A stretch of DNA of 64,000 nt from an uncultured Clostridia bacterium (lineage in GTDB: Bacteria > Bacillota > Clostridia > Christensenellales > Borkfalkiaceae): NCBI GenBank assembly GCA_947625025.1, contig CANQMQ010000007.1:14117-78116 (forward strand), in the 5' to 3' direction. Position numbers and translations under genes: made by a program. The notes under the pieces were generated by a model. That model was not told the origin of the DNA and made no database searches. It saw nothing but the letters and a program-made list of their open reading frames with translations. Below, piece after piece: positions 6,512 through 15,574 of this stretch (position 1 is the first letter of the stretch; every line of letters starts with the position of its first letter).

Positions 6512-9502
6512 ATGAGCACGAAAACCAAAGCCGCCAAGATGAAGCGCCGCCGTCTCAAGGAAAAGGATAAAATAGCCTTCGAGAAGCAGCTCGTAAGGGA
6601 GGGCAAGATCTACCCCCGCGCGCACTACATGCCCCGCGGCAGGTTCCGCAGTATCCTTGCGATTTGCCTTGCCTTCTTCTTCGGGATCTTTGCGGGCGTC
6701 GGCGCCCTCGTAGGGACGGGCGCCTACTTCGGCTTGACCAAAAAGACCAAGGACATCATGTCTACCTTCGGCCTTCCCGCAGATAAGTACCTCGAAGAGG
6801 CCTATCTCGATATGACGGTGCTCGAGCTCCTCGATGCCGTACGGCAAGACCTCGGGGCCTTCGGCGGGTTTACGACGCTCACCCTCAGCGTGTTTGGGAA
6901 GTATACCCCCGTCGTGAGCGACGCCATCAACAGCCTTACCGATCAGCTCAAGACGAGCCTCGGCGTAGAGTTCGACAAGGATGAACTCATGAATGAGACG
7001 TTCGGCACCATCGTCCCCTACCTCACGGACAACATCAAGGCGACGCCGCTCGGCACAATGCTGATGGCGATGGACCAGAACCCGTTTGAGGGGAGCGTGC
7101 AGCCCACTGCGGAGGAGGTCCCCTCCGAGCCCGAACAGGGCGGCGAGGCAGAGGCGCCCGAGGGCTCCGAGAGCTCGGGTTCAGACATGCATGCCCTTCT
7201 TCGCGTCCTCTGCTACGGCGAGGCGGGCATCGACTACCCCGTAGACGCAGACGGCAAGCCGACTTACATCTACGAAAAGGATAAGGACGGCAACGACATC
7301 ATGGTGGGCATCGTCATGAACGAAGGCCACACCCCCACCACCATCGGGGACCTTCTCGGCGGCGGGCTTCAGGAACGCCTCGATAAGGTGCAGACTCTCC
7401 GCCTCGGCGAGATCATCACGATAGACAAAAAGGCTTCCCCCATCATGCAGAAGCTCCGCGATATGACGATTCAAGACATGCAGGACGATGAGACCATCCA
7501 AAACTTCAAAATCAAGGAAATTATCGACGTCAAGGACGGCGAGAAGGGTCTCCTCAATGCGATTGCAGACTTCACCATCGGGGACCTCAATAAGCCCAAG
7601 AAGATCGAACGGCTCCGCCTCTCGGACATCATGGATATCGGGGAGTCAAGCTCCAAGATCATGCAAGCCATGAAGGATTGGAGGATCGGAGACCTCACGA
7701 GCCAAAAGAAGATCGATTCCCTCACCCTCTCCGATGTGATGGATATCGGGGACGGCAACGGCATCCTGAATGCCATCCGCGATACCCCCATCGGCAAGCT
7801 CGAAACTACCATCGGCACCCTCTCTCTCGGGGAGATCCTCGGGGAGGACAGCGGCGCGAAGAACAATAAAATTTTGAAGTGCCTCTTAAACAGCACCATC
7901 GATACCCTCTCCTTCGACGTCGATAAGCTCACCGTGGGGCAGGTATTCGGCGACGAAGTGTTCTCCTACATGAAGAATGAGACGGTAAATGGTGTCGTCC
8001 ACGATTACAACTACCTCTTCAAGAGCTACTTCGGGGAACAGAAGGGCAACCCGGGTTCCTATAACTACGAACTTCCCGATTATAACCAAAAGGAATTCGT
8101 AAACGGCAAATATGAAGAAAAGCCGAGCGCAACCCTCTACCGCCCTACCGCAGTTGCCGATAAATCGGGCATTCTCACCAAGTATCAGGATGCAAGCAAG
8201 AATGAAGTCGTCAAGGGCTATTTCACGTATGACGAAACGACGAAACTCTACACGCACTACACCGACGACAAGGAATTGGTGAAGTACAACGCCGCGAACA
8301 ATAAAGAGAATCAGGAAAATGCGGATAGCAAAGAGCCCGATCCCGACTACAAAACCAAGCCCATCTACTACTACGAGCAGAAGCACGACCTCTACCCCGT
8401 ATACGGCTTCGGCATCGTCGATGAGACGACGGGCGGCTTTGCTCCCCTAACAAATGTCAACACTTCGGGCGAAGAGCCCACCTTCGAGATGGAGGTCCCC
8501 GCCGAAGAGGGCGAAGGCACCGTAACCGTCACCTATACCATCCATCAGAAGGGCAACGGCGACTACGTGTACGGCACCTATACCGAAGAGGGCGAATTCG
8601 AGGCCGTGGGCGACATCGAATACTACATCCTCGGCTACGTCACCGATGAAGCGCATACCGACCTCGATTTCGAAGTGGTTTATGGCGCCAAGGACGAAAG
8701 CACCTATTTCGACATCAACGACGCCACCGTCTATCACTATGAAGCGGACGGCGAGTACGGTGAGGATAGCAAGGCCATTGAAGTACATACGAGAAGGCCC
8801 GCCGCCGTACCCCCGCAGACGGGCGAAGGCGAAGAAGCGGGCGGCACGGGTAGCGCGGGTGAGCCGCAGGCCCACAGCGAAGGCGAGGAGGCCCCCTACT
8901 ACTACAGCGAGCCCATCAATCTCTACGAAAAGTGGCACATCAAAGACAATACAGAAAGTACCGTTGACGATAAGGACGTCACCGAAGTCTATGTGAGCGA
9001 GGATGGCAACACCACTTACAGCCGCTATCTCTCGGGCGTATGGTATATGCTCTTGGGCGGCGAAGATGAGGAGGGCAACCCCGTCGTAAACGACACTGTC
9101 CCCGTCACCCAAATGGACCAAATGGTGACGGGCGTCACGGATACCATGCAAGATACCATCCTTGCACGCCTGTGGTTCCACGGCATCGTGCAGGAGAACC
9201 CCTTCGTCGAGTTCACCTTCCTCAAAACGCTTGAAGATTTGGGTGCTAAGGACCATACGCTCGAACTTGAAGTTCCCGTCCTCAAGGGCAACAGTAAGAT
9301 CCCGTACGACGAGCAGCAATATCCCACCGAGCAAGGATATACTAACAAAGGCGGTTTCGTCTATCAAAAGAAAACGATCACCAATCTCGTGCAAATCGGG
9401 CTCGGTGATTTGGTTACGGTCATGCAACGCATCAACGAGATGCTTGCGTCCATACAAAGTGGTGGCGGTAGCAGTAGTGGCGGCGGTGTAGGCGGCGATT
9501 AA
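6512..9502 (+). CDS. 996-aa membrane-anchored acidic repeat protein, function unknown
   Basis: Basic N-terminus followed by one TM helix (ILAICLAFFFGIFAGVGALVG). About 5 tandem 35-40 aa units (IGDL...L.LSD[IV]MDIG). D/E/Y/T-rich remainder with a G/S tail. Confidence 0.7.
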   Translation: MSTKTKAAKMKRRRLKEKDKIAFEKQLVREGKIYPRAHYMPRGRFRSILAICLAFFFGIFAGVGALVGTGAYFGLTKKTKDIMSTFGLPADKYLEEAYLDMTVLELLDAVRQDLGAFGGFTTLTLSVFGKYTPVVSDAINSLTDQLKTSLGVEFDKDELMNETFGTIVPYLTDNIKATPLGTMLMAMDQNPFEGSVQPTAEEVPSEPEQGGEAEAPEGSESSGSDMHALLRVLCYGEAGIDYPVDADGKPTYIYEKDKDGNDIMVGIVMNEGHTPTTIGDLLGGGLQERLDKVQTLRLGEIITIDKKASPIMQKLRDMTIQDMQDDETIQNFKIKEIIDVKDGEKGLLNAIADFTIGDLNKPKKIERLRLSDIMDIGESSSKIMQAMKDWRIGDLTSQKKIDSLTLSDVMDIGDGNGILNAIRDTPIGKLETTIGTLSLGEILGEDSGAKNNKILKCLLNSTIDTLSFDVDKLTVGQVFGDEVFSYMKNETVNGVVHDYNYLFKSYFGEQKGNPGSYNYELPDYNQKEFVNGKYEEKPSATLYRPTAVADKSGILTKYQDASKNEVVKGYFTYDETTKLYTHYTDDKELVKYNAANNKENQENADSKEPDPDYKTKPIYYYEQKHDLYPVYGFGIVDETTGGFAPLTNVNTSGEEPTFEMEVPAEEGEGTVTVTYTIHQKGNGDYVYGTYTEEGEFEAVGDIEYYILGYVTDEAHTDLDFEVVYGAKDESTYFDINDATVYHYEADGEYGEDSKAIEVHTRRPAAVPPQTGEGEEAGGTGSAGEPQAHSEGEEAPYYYSEPINLYEKWHIKDNTESTVDDKDVTEVYVSEDGNTTYSRYLSGVWYMLLGGEDEEGNPVVNDTVPVTQMDQMVTGVTDTMQDTILARLWFHGIVQENPFVEFTFLKTLEDLGAKDHTLELEVPVLKGNSKIPYDEQQYPTEQGYTNKGGFVYQKKTITNLVQIGLGDLVTVMQRINEMLASIQSGGGSSSGGGVGGD

Positions 9503-9545
9503 CCGTAAGTTTTTCGCAAAAATGCGAAAAGGGGCGCAAAATACT

Positions 9546-9574
9546 TTGACTTATGCTTGAAAATCAAGTATAAT
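9546..9574 (+). promoter_or_regulatory. sigma-70-type promoter of rpsF-ssb-rpsR
   Basis: TTGACT-17 nt-TATAAT. Confidence 0.7.
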
Positions 9575-9655
9575 AAAACAACAAAAGTCGCAAGCCTTGC
9601 GCACCGAGTTGCCTTCGGGCGGGTGGTGCGCCGAATAGACCGGGAGGTGAAAAGT
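9575..9655 (+). promoter_or_regulatory. structured rpsF leader (possible S6:S18 autoregulatory element)
   Basis: About 80-nt 5' UTR with hairpin GCGCACC (9599..9605) / GGTGCGC (9625..9631) enclosing GCC-TTCG-GGC, just before the GGGAGG RBS. Confidence 0.35.
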
Positions 9656-9946
9656 ATGCAGAAATACGAGATGCTCATTCTGCTCAGAAGCGATTTGGAA
9701 GACGAAGCGAGGGAGGCCGAACTCAAGAAGTATGCCGACATCGTCTCTTCCATGGGCGGCAGTGTGGAAGCGTTCGATAAGTGGGGCGTAAAGAAAACCG
9801 CGTACCCCATCAACTACAAATCGGATGCGTTCTTCGCCCTCATGACGTTTCAAGCAAATGCAGACGTCGTTCGTGAGCTCGACCGCATTGCGGGGATCTC
9901 TTCGAACGTCATACGCCGTATGATTACCAAAGTAGAGGAAAATTGA
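9656..9946 (+). CDS. rpsF: 30S ribosomal protein S6
   Basis: MQKYEMLILLRSDLEDE...KWGVKKTAYPI. GGGAGG RBS. Start at 9656, not track start 9557. Confidence 0.95.
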   Translation: MQKYEMLILLRSDLEDEAREAELKKYADIVSSMGGSVEAFDKWGVKKTAYPINYKSDAFFALMTFQANADVVRELDRIAGISSNVIRRMITKVEEN

Positions 9947-9947
9947 G

Positions 9948-10382
9948 ATGAATAAGGTGTTTTTGATTGGAAATCTTACCCGCGACCCCGAACTCAGTGA
10001 AACGAATAGCGGCGTCAGCATGTGCCGCTTCGCCATCGCCGTAAACCGCAGCTACACCTCACAGGATGGGGAGCGCCAGGCAGACTTCTTCAACGTCACC
10101 GCATGGCGCGGCCTCGCGGAGAATGTTGCAAAGTGCGTCCGTAAGGGCTCCAAAGTAGCCGTATCGGGAAGCATTCAAATTCGAAATTACGACGACAATC
10201 AGGGTGTCCGCCGCACCGCCGTAGACGTGATCGCACAGGATGTGGAATTCCTGTCCCCGAGAAACAACGCACAGGGCGGAGATGATTTCTACGATGCACC
10301 CCCCGCCGCCCAGCACGGCACCCCCGCCAGGAAGAAACCCGCCCTCGAAACCTTTGACGACGACGGCGACATCCCCTTCTGA
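9948..10382 (+). CDS. ssb: single-stranded DNA-binding protein
   Basis: MNKVFLIGNLTRDPE OB fold and an acidic tail ending DDDGDIPF. Confidence 0.95.
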   Translation: MNKVFLIGNLTRDPELSETNSGVSMCRFAIAVNRSYTSQDGERQADFFNVTAWRGLAENVAKCVRKGSKVAVSGSIQIRNYDDNQGVRRTAVDVIAQDVEFLSPRNNAQGGDDFYDAPPAAQHGTPARKKPALETFDDDGDIPF

Positions 10383-10414
10383 TGCGGACATCATTCTAAA
10401 AAAAGGAGATCAAA

Positions 10415-10732
10415 ATGGAAGAAGAAGGAAAGGAACAGGTGACGGAAGTAACCCCCGCCTCTTCCGATACGCCCCGCGAACGGGGTGAAAAGGGCGAACG
10501 GCCTGCAAAAAAGAACTTCAAGAAGCCCAACTTCAAGAAGGTCTGCCTGTTCTGCCAGGAAAAATCCACCATCAACTATAAGGATACGGCGAAACTTCGT
10601 AAATTCATCGCAGAGGGAGGAAAGATCCTTCCCCGCAGAATGACGGGTACCTGCGCCAAGCACCAGAGAGAGCTTGCCGTTGCCATCAAGCGTGCCCGCA
10701 TCGCCGCCCTCATCCCCTTCAAAGCCGACTAA
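10415..10732 (+). CDS. rpsR: 30S ribosomal protein S18 (about 30-aa N-terminal extension)
   Basis: [10 protein letters not shown]...INYKD...LRKFI...[24 protein letters not shown]. Strong GGAG RBS. Confidence 0.95.
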   Translation: MEEEGKEQVTEVTPASSDTPRERGEKGERPAKKNFKKPNFKKVCLFCQEKSTINYKDTAKLRKFIAEGGKILPRRMTGTCAKHQRELAVAIKRARIAALIPFKAD

Positions 10733-10773
10733 GGCTTTCGCACATCAAACAAGAGACAATGTATTAGCCAAAA

Positions 10774-10802
10774 AGAGACCTTGCACCGCAAGGCCTCTTT
10801 TC
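10774..10802 (+). terminator. intrinsic terminator of the rpsF operon
   Basis: AGAGACCTTGC-ACC-GCAAGGCCTCT followed by TTTT. Confidence 0.75.
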
Positions 10803-10847
10803 ATTTTTATTGCACTGTCCCCGCTTCTAATCCGTCTTACTGCCTTT

Positions 10848-11025
10848 CTCCTCATCCCGAGCGAAGCGAGGGGACGGGGTGGAATGAGGGTATGGGGTTC
10901 GTCATTTCGACCAAGCGAACGAAGTGAGCGCGTGGAGAAATCTCAATGAGAAGCCGAGATGTCTCGACAAGCTCAACATGACACATTCAGAAGCCCGAGA
11001 TGTCTCGACTGCGCTCAACATGACA
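10848..11025. repeat. modular palindromic repeat locus R1
   Basis: Modules S5 (CCTCATCCCGAGCGAAGCGAGGGGACGGGG...), S1 (GTCATTTCGACCAAGC...GGAGAAATCTC) and two tandem S3 (AGATGTCTCGAC...CTCAACATGACA). Confidence 0.85.
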
Positions 11026-11385
11026 AGTAGAGCTCGGGACCCCTTGGCGGGACCTCCCGATGGCAGTACGGCAGGCTCCCCCCACATCAAACGTCCTGCC
11101 CGTGGGCGTGAAGGCAGCCTTGTACAGCCAACTGCGGAAATTTTCCATTACGGCTTCGAAGTCGAGCCCGCATCTTGCAATGGCATCCATCGCACAGAGG
11201 GACATGCTCGTATCATCCGACCAGGCTCCCTTGGGGAAAGATTTGCCGTAGAAGGGTACCATGTCCGAGAGAGGGTAGCGATCGCGCACCTCCCGCTCCT
11301 GAAATTGCACGGGTCCGCCAACCGCATCCCCCACCGCATGCCCGATCACGATTGCCCGAATCTTCTCAAAAAATCCTGCTTGCAT
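10987..11385 (-). pseudogene. truncated ADP-ribosylglycohydrolase-family gene (N-terminal ~115 codons only)
   Basis: IGHAVGDAVGGPVQF, GAWSDDTSM and FDVGG match the ARH family N-terminus. Family members are ~250-350 aa. Homology stops near 11045 and the frame ends inside repeat R1. Confidence 0.6.
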
Positions 11386-11446
11386 GAGTTTACCTCACAA
11401 AAATTCTGATTATAGAAACTTTGCCGCAATACATAGATACGGCAGT

Positions 11447-14400
11447 TTACGGCAAGGAAGCGATGGGGGTGCAGGAGATTTTTTCGGAGAAGCGGCCCGT
11501 GCCTTCCCCGAAGCTCCACGCGGACTCGTCGTCGAGGGTGCTCTGCGTGATTCTGACCGTCACGGCGTTTGTGCTCCCGCTCGAGATGCAGTAACTGTTT
11601 GCGGAAGTAATGCTTCCTCCGTCGATGGTGAGGACGTCCGCGAAGTAATCGGCGGCTTTGAAATAAATACCTGCGGGGTCTACCCCCTCCTCAAGCGCTC
11701 CGTTTGCGGTGATAGTGCAGTCCTTGAAAATACTGCTCCCGTTGGTACGTTTGCTAATGATAACCCCCGTGCCGCCCGTAATTTCACATTCCGTGAGGCG
11801 GTTGGCGCCGCCCCCGATGGCAAGGCCGACGTCGCCCGTAAATTCACACCGCGTGAAGGTATTCGTGTTTTCGACCAAGGAAAGCCCGACGTCGCCCGTG
11901 AACTTGCAGGAGGTAAAGTTGCATTCCCCCGTATTATAGGCAAATTCATTTTCGCCGTTGAATTCACAATCGGTTGCGGTGCAGGATACCGCCTTGCCGA
12001 GGATCAATCCGCCCGTCCTGATGCCGGAAAGCGTCAGGTGGAAGGCGGAATTGCCCGCCGTTACATCGAGTGCGCCGTCGATGGCGCCCCCCGTCTCACT
12101 GCTATTTGTAATGGTGAAGTTGAGCGGTTCCTTTTGATGAGCTGTGTTATAATAGATGAATGCAATATCGATCTTGAGCCCCCCACTTATGGTGAATCCG
12201 TTCAAATCGAGGGCGAGCTCGGTGTGCGGGCGCATATAGGAGGACGGGAGCAGTGGGTTGCCGTCCAAGCTGTTCTCAGGGTACTTATCCCGGTCAACGG
12301 TATTGCGTAGCTTGAGCGTGGCGCCGTTTGTATCGAAGCTCTTGTAGAGTTTGATTTTATCTACAAAGACCATCGACTGAAGGTGTTCCAAGGAACCAAC
12401 CTCTGCCTGAAGGGTTACCTGTGAGCTTGCGATAAGGCGGTGCATGTTGGGATACAGGGTGTATCTCCCGAAATCCAAAATCGTCCCATCCGCGAGGGGG
12501 AGGTTGCTCTCCAAGGAGAAGGTCGCCGTGAGTTGATACCCGAGATAGTTCAGATCTTCGGTGGCGGCCTTGAGCTGGGCAAAGCTCGAAACTTCCACCA
12601 TCGACCTTTGGACGGTAAACCGCAACATCTTGCTTCCCGTAAGTTCTTCATCGAAGGGGTTCTCGTCGGCGATTGCAACGGTCACATACGCCTGCCCCTG
12701 GTAGCCCGTATTCACGTTGTTGGTGTACTGTAGGGGAGCGAAGCGGGCGCTATCCTCGAGGTTCAGCTCCTGCCCCCGCTTATCCTTGCATACGACGGCG
12801 GGCATTTGCTCTTTGCCGTTGTAATCCAAGACCGTCTCAGTAAGATACAGCCGCTCTGCGGGGAGATCCTGCAGCCTTTCCCGCTCATAGATGACACCCG
12901 TATCGGTGAGGTGGAATTGCTCTTTCACCCCCGTTCCCGAAAGGTACATTTTTCCGCTGTTGATGACATTGCCCACCACCATGCCAAAGGTATCAAGCTT
13001 AGAATCGCTATCCATGTAGAAGAGGCCGCCGTTTATCAGGGTGCCGTTGATCGAGAGTTCCCCGCCGCGGATCACCTTCAGGTTGCACGCTTCGAGGGAG
13101 GTGGGGGTATCGGTCAAGGGATACTGCCCCTCGACGGAGGCATCGAGGGTGCCGGATACGACAAGGCGGGCATGGTAGGCCGTGTAGGAGGGTTGATACG
13201 CGGTGCCGTCCACCGTCAGCTTGTGGCCGTTGAGGTGGAGGGTCACCCCGTTTTCAATGGAGATGATTTTCGCGCTGTAACCCGCCGTGAATACGAGATC
13301 GGCAGTCAGCGTCAAATCGTTGTAATTGGCGTTGCCGGCATACCGCTCAAAATCCTTCTGGGTTGCGATGTCCGCATGGGCGGGCGTAATATGATAGGGA
13401 ATGCCCTCCAAAGTGCCGTAAAACTTGGTGCGCTCGCTCTTCACTTTGATGGTTACGGTGTACTCTCCCACCGTGGAAGGGCCCCTCGCCAAGCGGGATT
13501 CGCCCGAATAATAGGTTATCTCGACGTAATCCGCTTTGAGGCCCAAGCTATCGTCGAGGGAGATGGTCTGATAGGTCTCGTTGTATACCTTCGCCGCCGT
13601 ATACAGGCCGTTAAGGTCGCTCAGCTCGAGTTGCTTCTTCAGGACAACCTTATCGGAGGGGAAAAAGGAAGTTCCCGTATAGGCGTATACGGTGCCGTCC
13701 GCCACCTCCACCGTGCCTCCCGCGTTCTCCAAGGCCGAGCCTTCGCGCACCACCGCGTCTCCATAGAGGGTTACGGTGCCGTGATTCACGAATTTGCCTT
13801 GGCCATTGGTTGCCATGCTGAAATCGGTGTAGTCGGTATACCCTTCTCCCCCGTACAACTCGAGGGTGCCGAAATTTTCAAAATCGTTGTTGAAGTCGAT
13901 ATCGGTGCCAACAATGGTGCCCCTGTTGACGGCGGAGCCGTGGAAGTACATGGACCGCTCAAAGACAAGTTTCCCCTCATTGGTAAAATCCGAATTCTCA
14001 AACAGCATGAATACGCCCGCACGGATCTCCCCCGTCCCGCGGTTGATGAGGGCGGCCCTGCCCGTTGCATTGGAAGCGTTGACGCGGAAATAATTGCCGT
14101 ACTTCGAATCGCTTATGCCAACGACCGTGCCGCAGTTTTCAAACGTCCCGAGAATGTTCACCTCCTGTGCCTCGATGGTGTTGCCCTCCTCCAAGGTAAC
14201 CTGCTCCCCCGCGGGGACGTTGAACTCGTCAAAGCGGAAGGTGCCGTAGTTGCCCGTCTCCTGATAGGCCTGCATCTCCGCGATATCGGCAACTTCCACC
14301 GTGGCCTTGATGACTTGGTAGGGAATGGTGACGGAGCCGTAATAATTAGTATCGTTCCTGCGGATGGTGATGTCGAGATACGCCGTCCCCGCCCTGTCCG

Positions 14401-15331
14401 CATCGCGGTAGACGTGGTCGTGGGCGACGTAAGCCTCCTCCCCGCCCACGAGAATGGCATATGCCCGCTCCGGGGTATCCTCGGGGGAATACGTCGGGGC
14501 GGGAGCCTTCCAAAGGATATCTTCTGCGGTAATTTGGGTACGGATCCACTGCCTTGCGACCCCGCCCGAAAGATAGGTGACGTTGGGAATCGCCTCATCA
14601 TTGGTATAAATTTTGGAATTGGAGACCTGAAAAGTGCCGTTGTTCTCGAAGTTGCCCCCGTTGAAGAGTTCGGTGTAATCCCCCAACATGAGCTCCCCGT
14701 TGTTTTGGAAGTTGCCGCAAATGAACACATCGGTGCCGCGGTAGCCGTTCATGGTTGGGTCGAACTTGATGGTGCCGTTGTTGACAAAATTCTCCCCCGT
14801 GGTAAAGGTTTTGGGGGCGGGCGTCTGCATAACGGTTACCGTAACCCCGCTCTTCACCGTGACATCGTACCCCGTGAAGTCCATGTGCCCGATGATGTTG
14901 ATTTGATATACGTTGTTGCCGTTCAGAAGTTCTACGGCCTCTTTGGTGTCAGAGACGGTTGCAATCCCCGCCGTAATTTGGAAATCGATCGTGGCGGAAC
15001 CGTAAAAATACTTATTGTCCTCCTTGGCAGTCGCCGTCAGGTGGGCGGTGCCCACGTTGACGTTCTCCGAATAGCTGAAGGTGAACTCCTTGCGGGATAC
15101 CCCGATCCCTTCGGGGGAGACGATGCTCACGTCCGATTCGGGCTCGATGGGATAGCCCGTGTAGGCGTAAGTACCCCTCCCGCTGAAGAAGGAGATGTGC
15201 TCGGCCTTGAGCTCCACCTTCTCGATTTTCTCTTCTCCAAGCCCCAAGAGACTGCATGCCGTAAACATCAACAGCATCCAGATCACAATGCACGGCAAAA
15301 GGATAACATACTTTTTGCTCGCTCTCTTCAT
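11447..15331 (-). CDS. 1294-aa surface lipoprotein with MBG-like Ig modules and C-terminal parallel beta-helix repeats
   Basis: Signal plus lipobox MLLMFTAC. Repeated Y.G.P..P...V......F.FSY..N.N.GTA.. modules. C-terminal CEFNG/CKFTGDVGL/CEFTGDVGLAIGG/CEITGGTGVI repeats. Start at MKRASKK (15331, GGGAGAG RBS). Confidence 0.8.
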   Translation of the reverse strand: MKRASKKYVILLPCIVIWMLLMFTACSLLGLGEEKIEKVELKAEHISFFSGRGTYAYTGYPIEPESDVSIVSPEGIGVSRKEFTFSYSENVNVGTAHLTATAKEDNKYFYGSATIDFQITAGIATVSDTKEAVELLNGNNVYQINIIGHMDFTGYDVTVKSGVTVTVMQTPAPKTFTTGENFVNNGTIKFDPTMNGYRGTDVFICGNFQNNGELMLGDYTELFNGGNFENNGTFQVSNSKIYTNDEAIPNVTYLSGGVARQWIRTQITAEDILWKAPAPTYSPEDTPERAYAILVGGEEAYVAHDHVYRDADRAGTAYLDITIRRNDTNYYGSVTIPYQVIKATVEVADIAEMQAYQETGNYGTFRFDEFNVPAGEQVTLEEGNTIEAQEVNILGTFENCGTVVGISDSKYGNYFRVNASNATGRAALINRGTGEIRAGVFMLFENSDFTNEGKLVFERSMYFHGSAVNRGTIVGTDIDFNNDFENFGTLELYGGEGYTDYTDFSMATNGQGKFVNHGTVTLYGDAVVREGSALENAGGTVEVADGTVYAYTGTSFFPSDKVVLKKQLELSDLNGLYTAAKVYNETYQTISLDDSLGLKADYVEITYYSGESRLARGPSTVGEYTVTIKVKSERTKFYGTLEGIPYHITPAHADIATQKDFERYAGNANYNDLTLTADLVFTAGYSAKIISIENGVTLHLNGHKLTVDGTAYQPSYTAYHARLVVSGTLDASVEGQYPLTDTPTSLEACNLKVIRGGELSINGTLINGGLFYMDSDSKLDTFGMVVGNVINSGKMYLSGTGVKEQFHLTDTGVIYERERLQDLPAERLYLTETVLDYNGKEQMPAVVCKDKRGQELNLEDSARFAPLQYTNNVNTGYQGQAYVTVAIADENPFDEELTGSKMLRFTVQRSMVEVSSFAQLKAATEDLNYLGYQLTATFSLESNLPLADGTILDFGRYTLYPNMHRLIASSQVTLQAEVGSLEHLQSMVFVDKIKLYKSFDTNGATLKLRNTVDRDKYPENSLDGNPLLPSSYMRPHTELALDLNGFTISGGLKIDIAFIYYNTAHQKEPLNFTITNSSETGGAIDGALDVTAGNSAFHLTLSGIRTGGLILGKAVSCTATDCEFNGENEFAYNTGECNFTSCKFTGDVGLSLVENTNTFTRCEFTGDVGLAIGGGANRLTECEITGGTGVIISKRTNGSSIFKDCTITANGALEEGVDPAGIYFKAADYFADVLTIDGGSITSANSYCISSGSTNAVTVRITQSTLDDESAWSFGEGTGRFSEKISCTPIASLP

Positions 15332-15412
15332 GTTCTCTCCCGCACCCCCTGTTCTATTATGATGCACTCTGCCTGTGATATTTGCACACTTGCATTCCTC
15401 TGACGCAATTTG

Positions 15413-15441
15413 ATTATATCACACCTTAGCCCATAAATCAA
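15413..15441 (-). promoter_or_regulatory. extended -10 promoter of the 1294-aa lipoprotein gene
   Basis: Minus strand reads TTGATT-17 nt-(TGA)TATAAT. Confidence 0.55.
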
Positions 15442-15574
15442 GCCCTATTCCGAATTCCCGTTGTAACCATCTACACCGAGGCGCATTGTATAAAAATACT
15501 CACTCAATCGAGAGAGTATTCGGTGAACAGATTGACGCCCTCTCATCTTGAGGCTCCCGCGGCTGAGGGGAAGC

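Noticed and set aside
12806-15403. 865-aa + strand ORF, the longest of many long ORFs antisense to real genes. Others are 43858..46056 (732 aa), 33986..35623 (545 aa), 15548..16603, 2930..3826, 3912..4820, 8447..9457 and 28949..29890.
   Set aside because: These are typical high-GC shadow ORFs. They are R/G/H/P-rich low-complexity translations with no RBS or motifs. They lie opposite genes that have signal peptides, family motifs and coupled starts. 43858..46056 even runs across an intergenic terminator and two genes.
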